Source: Desulfobacterales bacterium
GTDB taxonomy: Bacteria; Desulfobacterota; Desulfobacteria; Desulfobacterales; JARGFK01
Reading direction: 5' to 3'
Length of the DNA: 64,000 nt
Assembly: GCA_029211065.1 (NCBI GenBank)
Contig: JARGFK010000003.1
Span: forward strand, 29,111 to 93,110
Shown here: in pieces, positions 53,854 to 63,801 of the stretch
How positions within the stretch are numbered: position 1 is the first letter of the stretch
Layout of the letters: each line of letters begins with the position of its first letter
The notes under the pieces: generated by a model
What the model was told of the DNA's origin: nothing
The model's input: the letters and a program-made list of their open reading frames with translations, nothing else
The model's database searches: none
Position numbers and translations under genes: made by a program

Positions 53854-55669
53854 GATAGTCTTCCTTCTTCGGTATTTTCACCGTAAAATGCGTCCCTTTG
53901 TCGATTTTGCTTTCCACCTTGATTTCCCCCCCGTGAAGGCTGATGATTTGAGACGTAATGGCCAGTCCCAGTCCGGTACCCTGTTGCGAAACAATTTGCG
54001 GGTTGCCGGAACGATAGAATTTATCAAAGATGAGGGGAAGTTCTTCCTTTGATATGCCGTAGCCGCTATCACTGATGTCGAAGATAACCATATGGTCATC
54101 CTCACTTAACTCAAATTCGACCTGACCGTTTTCAGGCGTATATTTGATGGCGTTACCCAGAATATTAATGATGGCCCCTTTCAATAATTCCTTGTCACCC
54201 ATCAGGGTGGGAAAGTTGTCCGGCAATCTTTTGAGGATGGAAATATTTTTTTTGCGGGCGGCGCCTTCGATGGTTTCAATGCAGTCCTTGAACAGCCAGT
54301 CGGATTTTACCCGGCTTAAATTCAAGGGAAGGCTGCCCATTTCAATTTGGGACAAATTAAGAAGGTCCTTGATGAGACGGGACAGGCGGTCTGTCTCAGC
54401 GTTTATAATATTGTAAAAATCCTTTTGGGTTGCGGTGTCCGTGATTTCACCGTCCATTAACATTTCGCTGTAGGATTTGATGGTGGTCAAGGGTGTCATC
54501 AGTTCATGGGTCACGTGTGCGGTAAAATCATTGATCGCCTGTGCGGCCTCTTTTTCTCTGGTGGTGTTATTGAAAACGATCAATTTGCCGATCAAGGCTT
54601 TACTGTCATCCGTGAAGTAAGTATAGGAAACTTGGTAAGTTTTATTCGATGCCAGGTTGGGAAAAATGATATCGAGATGGTGGTTGCCAGTTGGGTTTTC
54701 AAACCCTTGTGATTGTGAAATGAAGGATAAGAATTCCGGGTGTTTAATCACCTGGTCCAACGGGCAATCGATCACATCCTGCCGCTTTTGTCTAAGCAGG
54801 TTGAGCATATAATCGTTGATAAAGCCGATATTTTCATGGATGTCGGTTACAATAATACCCAGGTTGATCGAATTCAGGATGTAACTCGATTGATTTTTTT
54901 CAAATCTGATAATGCCGAGCGTGTAGGTCAGGTCTTTATTTTTTGTTTCAACATCATCCAACCGGTCCTTTAATTCCTTTATGGAATTTTTGCACTCCAA
55001 CATCATCGGCTCAATTCCAAAGCTCCTGGAGGAATTTTTCGGGGAGGTGCCGGTGCTGTTGGAGGGGGTGAGTATGTTCGCCAAAAATTTCTCAAGAGGC
55101 TTAAAAGCCCTGACAAACCCATAATAAGACAGAATGATGGACGCAATGATAAAGAATGAGATGATGCCGATAAGGGTGATTCTTTCCGAGGAAAGAATCG
55201 ATATGGGCGGCGGTTTGAAGCCGACTCTTACCGTGCCTGTTTTTTTCCCTTTTTCGAATATCGGTTTGGAAAATTCATATATGCTTGTTTCGGATTCAAT
55301 CGGTTTGAAAAACTGATGCACCAATCCCATGGCTGCCAGAGAATTCTCCTGGATGTTATAGGGGATTTCAGCCGCGATGTGGTTAAGGGCTAAACTAACG
55401 AGAGGCTTTCCATTCTGGTCGTGGATAAAGCAATAGACAATCCCCTCATGAACATCAGACTGCATCAGGGTTTTAATCAGGAGATCGCGTCTTGCCCCCT
55501 CAAAATCTTTAATGGAATGCAGAGAAAGGAGGCCGACGATGTGGTCTCCTTTGCCGTATAAGTCGTTTATGGCCGCTTTTTTTTCTGTTCGGACCAGAAA
55601 CTGCAGGAAAATGGCAAGGCCGAACAATATTAAAACAAAAAAAGCAATGCCGAGCGCTTTAGATTTCAT
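53840..55669 (-). CDS. Sensor histidine kinase (2 TM with a periplasmic loop, PAS-like, HisKA, HATPase_c)
   Basis: FTAHVTHELMTPLTTI (H-box), NAIKYTP (N-box), DSGYGI and GTGLGLAI (G-boxes). 14-nt overlap with the receiver gene. Confidence 0.9.
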   Translation of the reverse strand: MKSKALGIAFFVLILFGLAIFLQFLVRTEKKAAINDLYGKGDHIVGLLSLHSIKDFEGARRDLLIKTLMQSDVHEGIVYCFIHDQNGKPLVSLALNHIAAEIPYNIQENSLAAMGLVHQFFKPIESETSIYEFSKPIFEKGKKTGTVRVGFKPPPISILSSERITLIGIISFFIIASIILSYYGFVRAFKPLEKFLANILTPSNSTGTSPKNSSRSFGIEPMMLECKNSIKELKDRLDDVETKNKDLTYTLGIIRFEKNQSSYILNSINLGIIVTDIHENIGFINDYMLNLLRQKRQDVIDCPLDQVIKHPEFLSFISQSQGFENPTGNHHLDIIFPNLASNKTYQVSYTYFTDDSKALIGKLIVFNNTTREKEAAQAINDFTAHVTHELMTPLTTIKSYSEMLMDGEITDTATQKDFYNIINAETDRLSRLIKDLLNLSQIEMGSLPLNLSRVKSDWLFKDCIETIEGAARKKNISILKRLPDNFPTLMGDKELLKGAIINILGNAIKYTPENGQVEFELSEDDHMVIFDISDSGYGISKEELPLIFDKFYRSGNPQIVSQQGTGLGLAITSQIISLHGGEIKVESKIDKGTHFTVKIPKKEDYLGEK

Positions 55670-55810
55670 AGGTAGTTCCTGCTAAAGACTTGATTTGTCG
55701 TTCAACGCTTCATGATATTTTCTAGACCTGACCCGTTTTCCTTCTCCTTTTGTTGCAGACACCGGCGGCAAAGGCCCCAAAAGTTTCCCGTGCATTTTGA
55801 ATTATTGCAG

Positions 55811-55826
55811 TGCAAAGCGTATGCCA
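55811..55826 (-). promoter_or_regulatory. Candidate sigma-54 promoter upstream of the kinase/pilus operon
   Basis: Minus strand reads TGGCAT-ACGCT-TTGCA, against consensus TGGCAC-N5-TTGCW, with correct GG/GC spacing. About 140 nt upstream of the kinase ATG 55669. Confidence 0.55.
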
Positions 55827-56281
55827 ATCTTTATCCAAGTACCACAAATACAATATTTGATAAGAATTGTATTTTTTCATCTGATTGCAGGATAAACTTA
55901 AACGCAATCCGAAAAACAACTATATTTAACAAATTCAAACGGATATGTCAAGTCACTTTTATTATAACAAAAAAACCATTCCGGAATTTTGGTATCAGGG
56001 AATTCACCCAGGAAGACGATTCGATAGCCTGAATGGTTTCCCTGGTCGAGGGGGCATGACAGATATCATTTGAGGGGAGCTTCCGGGGGCGCAATTGTCT
56101 GCAAAAAATGGTGCTCTACCTCCAAAATTATTAACCGACAATTCAATATCAAAACGCAACTTTCGCCCGGATGCGCCAGTATTCGTAACAGGCATTAAGG
56201 GTTCGGTCCTCCTTTGTCGGAACCGGCGGCTTTGAAGATTCTCCTGCAACCTGCTGCTGGGTCGGCGTGCGCTGTTGGGTT

Positions 56282-57184
56282 TCATAAGCTTGTAATGTTG
56301 GCCAGCGCGTCTTCAATCCCGGGATATTTAAACCGGAACCCGAATCCCAGCAACTTCTCCGGGACAGCACGCTGGCTGCACAGGACCGCCCCGGCAAGTT
56401 CCCCCATCACGAAACGCAGCAGCAGGGAGGGTGTCCGCATGAAAACGGGCCGGTTCAAGACACGACCCAGACTTTTGGTAAAATCAAGATTCCGAACCGG
56501 GTTGGGCGAACAAAAGTTAAGGGGTCCCTTGACGGCGTCATTTTTTAAAACAAACCCGAATGCCGCCAGCAGGTCGTCCATATGGATCCAGGGAAACCAC
56601 TGGGTGCCGTCGCCTAAAGGTCCGCCGATGAAAAAGCGGAAAGGCGGCAGCACTTTCTGCATCATGCCGCCCTGTTTGCCGAGAACGATTCCGAACCGGG
56701 TTAAAACCACCCGGGCGCCTTTTTCTCCGGCGCGCAGGGCTTCCGCTTCCCAATCCTTGCCCACCCGGGCCAGAAAATCATCTCCCCCGGGGGAGGATTC
56801 GGTCAGGATGTCGTCACCCCCATCGCCATAAAAACCGGTGGCGGATGTGCTGCAAAAAATGACGGCTTTATTTTCAGGCAGGGCTTCCACCAGATTACGG
56901 GTGGTCAGAATGCGGCTGTCATAGATGCTTTTTTTATACCGCTCTGACCATCTGCTGAAAATGGATTTTCCGGCCAGGTTGATCACGGCATCTACGTCGG
57001 CAAGGGCTTCCTGCCAGGCCCCCGGTTGGGTGGTATCGCCGGAAATGTAGTTGAAATTTTCATGAGTGATCAGATCCTGGCGGGTACGGGTGCCGATCCC
57101 GGAAACCGAATGTCCCTCAAAGAGGAGTAAATTGGACAAATGCCGGCCGATAAACCCGGTGGCGCCGGTGACTAAAATCTTCAT
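56282..57184 (-). CDS. TIGR01777/YfcH-family NAD-dependent epimerase/dehydratase (with DUF1731 C-terminus)
   Basis: MKILVTGATGFIGRHL... and a C-terminal ..GFRFKYPGIEDAL. Confidence 0.8.
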   Translation of the reverse strand: MKILVTGATGFIGRHLSNLLLFEGHSVSGIGTRTRQDLITHENFNYISGDTTQPGAWQEALADVDAVINLAGKSIFSRWSERYKKSIYDSRILTTRNLVEALPENKAVIFCSTSATGFYGDGGDDILTESSPGGDDFLARVGKDWEAEALRAGEKGARVVLTRFGIVLGKQGGMMQKVLPPFRFFIGGPLGDGTQWFPWIHMDDLLAAFGFVLKNDAVKGPLNFCSPNPVRNLDFTKSLGRVLNRPVFMRTPSLLLRFVMGELAGAVLCSQRAVPEKLLGFGFRFKYPGIEDALANITSL

Positions 57185-57204
57185 AGGCCATCTCCCTAAA
57201 CGTT

Positions 57205-57918
57205 TTAATACATAAACTTCGTGGATTTTATATAAGGACCGTCCTGGGTATCCAGCACCTGAACGATGTCCTGATACATCCTTGGCTTCATTTCGCTGAT
57301 GATGCCGCGTGCTTTATTCAGGCTTTTGGCAAACTTCAGCGTCTCATCCATGAGGGTGTCGATATGACAGGCCTTGGTGATGATGTGATGCCGTTCGCAT
57401 TCGGCTGCGGTCAGGCGCTTGCCGGTGTACTGCAGTTCCTCCAGCTGATACATGGGGATCGCTTTCTTTAACAGGGCGAGCATGCCGGGCAAAAACGGGA
57501 TGCCCAGGTCGATTTCCGGTAGGCAGAAGTAGCCGCGGTCCGATCGCATAAACCGAAAATCAAAGGCGCAGGTCAGGATGGCTCCGGCGGCAAAGGCATG
57601 CCCGTTGATGGCGGCAATAGTGATCATGGGATACAGCAGCATTCTTTTATACAAACGGTTCAACAGGCGAAAGAAGTCGGAAATCACCCCGAACTCCCGG
57701 TTCTGGAAAATCGGGCCCAGCCATTCCAGATCAAGTCCGTTTGAAAAGATCTTTTCATGGGACGAACAAACGACCATCGTCTTTACGGCGGTTTCCTTTT
57801 CAACCTGATCCAGCACGTTCAGATAGGCCTCAATAAAGGGGGGGTTAAATCGGTTTTCACCGCTGTTCATGGTAACGACGGCTATTGTTTCATCTATTGA
57901 AAACTCAACCAGTGCCAT
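57205..57918 (-). CDS. Enoyl-CoA hydratase/isomerase (crotonase) family protein
   Basis: FSNGLDL.., AAINGHAFAAGA and the oxyanion-hole pattern. Confidence 0.8.
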   Translation of the reverse strand: MALVEFSIDETIAVVTMNSGENRFNPPFIEAYLNVLDQVEKETAVKTMVVCSSHEKIFSNGLDLEWLGPIFQNREFGVISDFFRLLNRLYKRMLLYPMITIAAINGHAFAAGAILTCAFDFRFMRSDRGYFCLPEIDLGIPFLPGMLALLKKAIPMYQLEELQYTGKRLTAAECERHHIITKACHIDTLMDETLKFAKSLNKARGIISEMKPRMYQDIVQVLDTQDGPYIKSTKFMY

Positions 57919-57933
57919 AATCGCCTCCGTAGG

Positions 57934-59382
57934 TCAGCCTCTATCCAGCGGTAGATTGTATTTTTTCATCTTCTTGTACAGCAGGGTGCGGTGGATACCG
58001 AGCTTTTTAGCGGCGCCGGTTTTATTATAATTGCAGGACTCCAGGGTGAACCGAATGACTTCTCTTTCCGCCTGGGCCTGCACATGCCGCAGCGAGGGAT
58101 TCCGGGAGCTGGCCTGTTTGCTTTTGCTGCGGCACAGATAAAACGGCAAATCGCACAGATGGACCGTATCCCCCGCCAGGGAAAACAGCAGCCGTTCCAG
58201 GACATTGGAAAGCTCCCGGACGTTTCCGGGCCAGTCGTAAGCCAAAAGCTCTTTTTCGGCGCGGGGCCCCATTTTTATTTCTGAAAGAGAGCCCTCCCGG
58301 GCAATCTGGTCCAGGATATGGCGCGTCAGGGGTATAATATCTTCCCTGCGCTCGCGCAACGGCGGGATATGCAGCGGGATGACATTGAGCCGGTAGAAAA
58401 GATCCTTGCGAAAACTCCCGGTTTTCAGTTTTTCTTCCAGGTTTTGATTGGTTGCGGTGATGAGCCGAAAATCCGCCCGGATAACGGTATTGCCGCCCAC
58501 CCGTTCAAATTCTTTTTCTTCCAGGGCCCGCAACAGTTTCGGCTGCATTTCCAGGGGTAAATCACCGATTTCGTCCAGAAACATTGAGCCGCGGTGGGCC
58601 AGCTCAAACTTTCCCGGTTTGCCTTCCGACCGTGCGCCGGTAAACGCCCCTTTTTCGTAGCCAAAAAGTTCGGACTCCAGCAAATCATTGGGAATGGCGG
58701 CACAGTTGATTCTAACAAAGGGATACATCTTTCTGGGGCTGGCATGATGAATCGACTGGGCAAAGAGTTCCTTGCCGGTGCCGGAGTCTCCCGATATCAA
58801 GACCGGCAGATTTTTGGCGGCGGCATTCAGCGCTTCCCGTTTCAACGATGTGATTGCCGGACTTATCCCCACGATGCTGTCTATGGTATAGCGCGTGGAG
58901 CGAAGGGCGATCAATTCCTGCTCATAATGCTGCACCTTGGATTCCAGCAGAGAGAGATTTTTGGCAAGCCGGCCGACATCGCGCACATCTTTAAACATCA
59001 CCTGACCGAACACTGCAATTACTTCGTTGTTCTTTTTGATGGGGATCCGCTGAACCACCATATCCTGCCCCATAATCCGCTGGGTGTGGTTGATTTCCGG
59101 CACACCGGTTTGGGCCACAATGTGCATGCGGGTATTTTCAACCACTTCGGTGCAGTGCTTTCCGATCTGGGCGGCGGGGTCGATTCCCAAGAACAAGCCG
59201 TAGGGCTTGTTGAAGTAAATAACGTAGCCATCTCTGTTGGTAACAATGCAGCCGTTGTAAATGCTGTCGAATATGAGTTGGAACATATCGGGCTGAAGCT
59301 GGAGATTTTTAACGGTAGGCAAGGAAAGGCGTTGTTTCTTAACCCTACGCTGATTGGTTTCCGGCGCTTGTTTCTTTTTCAC
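57934..59382 (-). CDS. Sigma-54-dependent transcriptional activator (PAS, AAA+ and Fis-type HTH)
   Basis: GDSGTGKELFA, GAFTGA, ESELFGYEKGAFTGA and a C-terminal ..AAKKLGIHRTLLYKKMKK. Confidence 0.9.
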   Translation of the reverse strand: MKKKQAPETNQRRVKKQRLSLPTVKNLQLQPDMFQLIFDSIYNGCIVTNRDGYVIYFNKPYGLFLGIDPAAQIGKHCTEVVENTRMHIVAQTGVPEINHTQRIMGQDMVVQRIPIKKNNEVIAVFGQVMFKDVRDVGRLAKNLSLLESKVQHYEQELIALRSTRYTIDSIVGISPAITSLKREALNAAAKNLPVLISGDSGTGKELFAQSIHHASPRKMYPFVRINCAAIPNDLLESELFGYEKGAFTGARSEGKPGKFELAHRGSMFLDEIGDLPLEMQPKLLRALEEKEFERVGGNTVIRADFRLITATNQNLEEKLKTGSFRKDLFYRLNVIPLHIPPLRERREDIIPLTRHILDQIAREGSLSEIKMGPRAEKELLAYDWPGNVRELSNVLERLLFSLAGDTVHLCDLPFYLCRSKSKQASSRNPSLRHVQAQAEREVIRFTLESCNYNKTGAAKKLGIHRTLLYKKMKKYNLPLDRG

Positions 59383-59566
59383 TTTAACAGCACCTCCGTA
59401 TCATATTTGCTATATGTACCTATTTTGATACGTTTTGATACATATACGCGCTTTGAGCGTTTAAGGCAACAGCTATTTCCACCAATATGTCTAACCGACT
59501 GAAATACATTGTATAAAAACGCTATATGCGGCTGCGGCCAACCCGATGACTGATGATGAGGTGGTT

Positions 59567-59582
59567 CGGCATAAAATTCGCA
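59567..59582 (+). promoter_or_regulatory. Candidate sigma-54 promoter for the SDR-TRAP-acetoacetyl-CoA synthetase operon
   Basis: cGGCAT-AAAAT-TCGCA with correct GG-N10-GC spacing, 110 nt upstream of ATG 59693, divergent from the sigma-54 activator gene. Confidence 0.5.
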
Positions 59583-59692
59583 TAGCCAATAAGTTGACCG
59601 CAAAGGCGAATGCATTCCCCGACTCGTCCAAGCGGACCGCAGGGTTCTTTAATTGTATCTGATTTTTTTTAATAATTTTAGGGAGGACGAAA

Positions 59693-60547
59693 ATGAACAT
59701 AGCAGAGCCGGAAATCATTAAAGACGATATTTTGTTCCTGAAGGACAATGATTTCAATCATGGCAATGTCTGTATTGTCACCGGGGCTGCCAGCGGCATT
59801 GGCCGGGCGGTGGCAATTGCAGCAGCGGCAAACAACCTCGTGAGCGTCGGGTTGGATGTTGATGAAGTTGAAGGCAAAAAGACGCAGCAGCTGGCCCGGG
59901 GTTTCGGGGGCCAGATGATTTTTATAAAAACCGACTTGTCGAACGATGATGATCTCCAGCATGCCGTTTCCGAGGCGGCAAAGGTCGGCGCCATTCGGTA
60001 TCTGGCGAACATTGCAGGGATTCAGCACATTGACGCCATTGAAAATTTTCCCATGGAAAAATACGATTACATGCTGAAAATCATGCTGCGGGCGCCGTTT
60101 TATCTTTCCAAACTGTGTATCCCGCACATCAAAAAAGGAAAGGACGGCAAGGGGGCCATCGGCAACATGGCTTCCGCGCATGCCCACATCTGTACCCTCA
60201 ACAAGCCGGCATATAACATCACCAAGTTCGGACTGCGCGCATTATCCCAATCCATTGCTGCCGAAGGCAACGGGCATATCCGTTCCTTTTCCGTTAGCAC
60301 CGGGTTTGTTAAAACCGCTTTGGCTTTAAAGCAGATCCCTTCCCAGGCCAAGCAACGGGGGATCACCCCGGATGAGGTTGTGCGGGATGTCATGATGGGA
60401 AACTCCCGTGTCAAAGAGATGATGTCGCCCATCGAAGTGGCGAATCTTTTTATCTTCGGGTTTTCACGCTTTGCCAGGTACCTCGTCGGCGGCGATCTGT
60501 TATTTGACGGGGGCATGGTGCTGACTTATGCCGAAAAGAAAATTTAA
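59693..60547 (+). CDS. SDR-family oxidoreductase, 3-hydroxybutyrate-dehydrogenase-like
   Basis: TGAASGIGRA, YNITK (YxxxK) and KQIPSQAKQRGITPDEVVRDVM, which resembles the BDH C-terminal region. Confidence 0.75.
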   Translation: MNIAEPEIIKDDILFLKDNDFNHGNVCIVTGAASGIGRAVAIAAAANNLVSVGLDVDEVEGKKTQQLARGFGGQMIFIKTDLSNDDDLQHAVSEAAKVGAIRYLANIAGIQHIDAIENFPMEKYDYMLKIMLRAPFYLSKLCIPHIKKGKDGKGAIGNMASAHAHICTLNKPAYNITKFGLRALSQSIAAEGNGHIRSFSVSTGFVKTALALKQIPSQAKQRGITPDEVVRDVMMGNSRVKEMMSPIEVANLFIFGFSRFARYLVGGDLLFDGGMVLTYAEKKI

Positions 60548-60641
60548 ATCAGGAATTCCAGGAGGAGGTGATCACTTCATTATATGATTGGGGGGCGATG
60601 GTTTTAATTAGTCACAACAATAATCTACAAAGGAGGATAAA

Positions 60642-61706
60642 ATGAAAAGCAAAATGTTGGCCTTTATCTTTGTCTTGATATGGGTGGGGTCCTTGATTAT
60701 CGGGGGACCTGCGCAAGCGGCAACCAAGGTGAATTGGACGTTGCAAACCACCTGGGCGCAAGGATGGCTGCTGCATCAAATGGCCGAAGACTTTGCCAAG
60801 CGTGTCAAAGAGATGAGTGGTGGAAATTTCAATATCAAGGTGCTTCCTGCGGGCGCCGTTGTCGGGGGGCTTGAGGTTATGGAAGCGACCGCCGCAGGCA
60901 CCCTCGATGCATACCATAGCTGGACCGGGTACTGGATGGGCAAGCATCCGGCCGCGCCTTTTTTCGCATCGATCCCCATGTCACTTGAACCGCTGATGCA
61001 TACGACCTGGCTCTATGCCGGCGGCGGCAAGGAACTCATGCAGCAGATGTACGACGAAATGGGCAAGAATCTTATGGTTGTTCCCGGCGGCGTGACACAT
61101 CCGGAACTTCTGGCGCATTCCAACAAGCCCCTGACGACACTTACAGACTGGAAAGGCTTGAAGTACAGAACGCCGGGCTGGTGGGGTGAAATCCTTAAGG
61201 GAATGGGGGTCGCCGTCACGATGCTGCCCGGTACGGAACTCTATCCTGCTCTGCAAAGGGGCATTCTGGATGCCACGGAATTTTCCTCACCGATTGTGAA
61301 CAAGCAGCAGGGATTCCATGAAGTGACCCAATATGTTGCCGGACCCGGCATGCATCAGCCGACCTGTTATTTTGAGCTTGGTTTCAACAAGGGCAAGTAC
61401 AACGCCCTTCCCGATGAATACAAAGCCATGATCCAGACAGCCTCGATGGCTACCACGCTCTGGAGCTGGACGCAGGATATCGTGCTGGGCATCCAAACGC
61501 TTGACGAATGGGAGAAACAAGGCAAGAAGCTGACACGGGTTTCCGACGAAGCCCAGAGAGAGTTTCGGAAACAGGCCTGGGCTTATATCGATGCCGATGT
61601 AAAGAAGAAAAATAATGCCCTTTACGCTAAAACATGGAAGTCCGTACAGGACTTCTGGGTTCAGTTTTCTGACTATGAGTATTTTATGGTGCCGGTCCGA
61701 AAGTAA
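60642..61706 (+). CDS. dctP: TRAP transporter substrate-binding protein (DctP family)
   Basis: Signal peptide, ..WTLQTTWAQGW.., followed by the DctQ/DctM genes. Confidence 0.8.
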   Translation: MKSKMLAFIFVLIWVGSLIIGGPAQAATKVNWTLQTTWAQGWLLHQMAEDFAKRVKEMSGGNFNIKVLPAGAVVGGLEVMEATAAGTLDAYHSWTGYWMGKHPAAPFFASIPMSLEPLMHTTWLYAGGGKELMQQMYDEMGKNLMVVPGGVTHPELLAHSNKPLTTLTDWKGLKYRTPGWWGEILKGMGVAVTMLPGTELYPALQRGILDATEFSSPIVNKQQGFHEVTQYVAGPGMHQPTCYFELGFNKGKYNALPDEYKAMIQTASMATTLWSWTQDIVLGIQTLDEWEKQGKKLTRVSDEAQREFRKQAWAYIDADVKKKNNALYAKTWKSVQDFWVQFSDYEYFMVPVRK

Positions 61707-61865
61707 TGTTGTTCTGCTGAAGGCAGCGCCGGGGAGTCCCGGCGTTGCCCTTTGTCCGAAGGTTTCTGTTCGGCTGCGCTGACCGGGCGGAACGGTTGCG
61801 AGGGTTCCGGCGTGCCCCTGAGAAGGGGCGCTATCCAGGAGATGAGAAACTTAAGGGATGTGATT

Positions 61866-62387
61866 ATGAAAAACATTATCACGATGATGAAAATCATCAA
61901 TAGCGTCAATGAGAAAATCGCCCGATATGCCTCTTTTCTTGTTTTTCTGTTGATTCTGACCCTGACCTATGAGGTCGTGGCACGCTACGGTTTCAATGCG
62001 CCGACTCAGTGGAGCTTTGATCTGACCTATTTTCTGTGCAGTATGACCATGATCTTCGGAATGGCCACTACCTGGCAGTCCGGCGGACATGTCAGCGTTG
62101 ATCTGATTTCCGCAAATCTCCCGCGCAGGAAGCAGGCCTTTCTGAATGTATTCTTTTTGCTGACGCTGTTTTTTTTGTGCTGGATCAATATCATTTGGAT
62201 GCTGACGCCTCATCTGCTGAATTCATGGAAGATACAGGAACGATCCATGACCGGCTTCATGCCCCCGATCTACCCTTACAAGACATGGATTTATATCGGC
62301 ATTGCCATGTTGATCCTCCAGGGAATCGAGGTGTTTATCAAGGAGCTGTACATGCTGATTAAAGGAAAGGAATTGGAACTCTCATGA
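61866..62387 (+). CDS. dctQ: TRAP transporter small permease
   Basis: 4 TM, ~170 aa. ATG at 61866; the track ORF is extended upstream. Confidence 0.8.
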   Translation: MKNIITMMKIINSVNEKIARYASFLVFLLILTLTYEVVARYGFNAPTQWSFDLTYFLCSMTMIFGMATTWQSGGHVSVDLISANLPRRKQAFLNVFFLLTLFFLCWINIIWMLTPHLLNSWKIQERSMTGFMPPIYPYKTWIYIGIAMLILQGIEVFIKELYMLIKGKELELS

Positions 62388-63703
62388 GCGTAGAAATAAT
62401 CACCTTTTTGATGTTGACCTCTCTGATCGGTGTGATTCTGCTCGGTTTTCCGATCGGTTTTTCCCTGGCCGGCATCGCCATGATCTTTGGCATAATCTTT
62501 GTTGGGCCACAGATCGGCAATGTTTTCATGCTGCGCATGTTCGTTACGCTTTCGGATTATATTCTGATCGCCATTCCGCTGTTTATATTCATGGGAATCG
62601 TCATCGAAAGGGCGGGGATTGCCGGAAGGCTATTCGATGCCATGTATGTCCTGTTCGGGGGGTTGAGGGGCGGGCTGGCGATTGCGACGATTCTGGCCTG
62701 CACGATCTTTGCCGCAGCAACGGGCGTCGTTGGGGCGACGGTGGTGACGATGGGGATTATGGCGCTGCCGGCGATGCTTAAATATAAATACGACAAACCG
62801 CTGGCCTGCGGATCCATTTGCGCCGGCGGCGCTTTGGGTATTCTGATTCCGCCGAGCATCCTGATTCTGGTCTATGCTCCAGTTGCGAACGTCTCCGTCG
62901 GCGCTTTATTGATCGGCGCCTTTATTCCCGGATTGCTGCTTTCACTGCTATATGTTTTGTATGTCATGATTTTATGTTATCTGAAGCCCCAAAAAGGGCC
63001 GGCCATATCTCTGGAAAGAAGAGTCTCTGTTCTCCAAAAGCTCAAAATGATCGTAACCTCGGTATTGCCTGTCTGCCTGCTCATTCTGGCCGTCCTCGGC
63101 ACGATCTTTTTCGGATTGGCCGCGCCCACCGAAGCGGCCGCCATCGGCGCCCTGGCTGCGGTCATCATGGCCGCCGCCTACAAAGCGCTTACCTGGGAAA
63201 CCCTGAAACAAGCGGCGATCGGAACCATGAAGACATCCGCCATGGTCTATCTGGTCGTCATCGGGGCCTCCTTTTTCACGAGTATCTTCATGCGGCTGGG
63301 CTGCGGCGACGTCGTTGAAAACCTGGTGATGGCGCTGCCTTTCGGCAGATGGGGAATCGTCATTACCATGTGGGTAATTATCATTATTATGGGCGCTTTT
63401 CTGGACTGGATCGGCATCGTCATGATTGTCGTGCCGCTGTTTTCGCCCATCGCGTTGAAGCTCGGCTTTGATCCGATCTGGTTTGCCATGATGAATATTG
63501 TTGTCTTGCAGACGTCATTTCTGTCGCCGCCTTTCGCCTATGCGATCTTCTACCTAAAGGGGATCGCACCCCCCGGGATCAAGCTCGCTGATATCTATTG
63601 GGGAGTCGTTCCGTTTCTGCTGCTGATGTGCCTTGCCATCGCCATCCTTGCGATTTTCCCAGGCATCATTCTCTATGCCCCGAAGGCGGCCGGACTTTTA
63701 TAA
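62384..63703 (+). CDS. dctM: TRAP transporter large permease
   Basis: 439 aa polytopic protein; ATGA overlap with dctQ. Confidence 0.9.
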   Translation: MSVEIITFLMLTSLIGVILLGFPIGFSLAGIAMIFGIIFVGPQIGNVFMLRMFVTLSDYILIAIPLFIFMGIVIERAGIAGRLFDAMYVLFGGLRGGLAIATILACTIFAAATGVVGATVVTMGIMALPAMLKYKYDKPLACGSICAGGALGILIPPSILILVYAPVANVSVGALLIGAFIPGLLLSLLYVLYVMILCYLKPQKGPAISLERRVSVLQKLKMIVTSVLPVCLLILAVLGTIFFGLAAPTEAAAIGALAAVIMAAAYKALTWETLKQAAIGTMKTSAMVYLVVIGASFFTSIFMRLGCGDVVENLVMALPFGRWGIVITMWVIIIIMGAFLDWIGIVMIVVPLFSPIALKLGFDPIWFAMMNIVVLQTSFLSPPFAYAIFYLKGIAPPGIKLADIYWGVVPFLLLMCLAIAILAIFPGIILYAPKAAGLL

Positions 63704-63801
63704 GGACCGTGCGATGGATCAAAAGACATACCATGCGCCCGTGACGCTTAAAATCGCAGATGGACCGCAACCGCCGCAAGACAGGAGGAAAAGGATAGAA
63801 T

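Noticed and set aside
55712-56032. Small ORFs in the AT-rich 600-bp gap upstream of the kinase gene
   Set aside because: Low-complexity, no RBS. The region more plausibly holds the sigma-54 promoter and its upstream activator sites.
58594-59502. 302-aa plus-strand ORF
   Set aside because: Shadow frame opposite the clearly recognisable sigma-54 activator.
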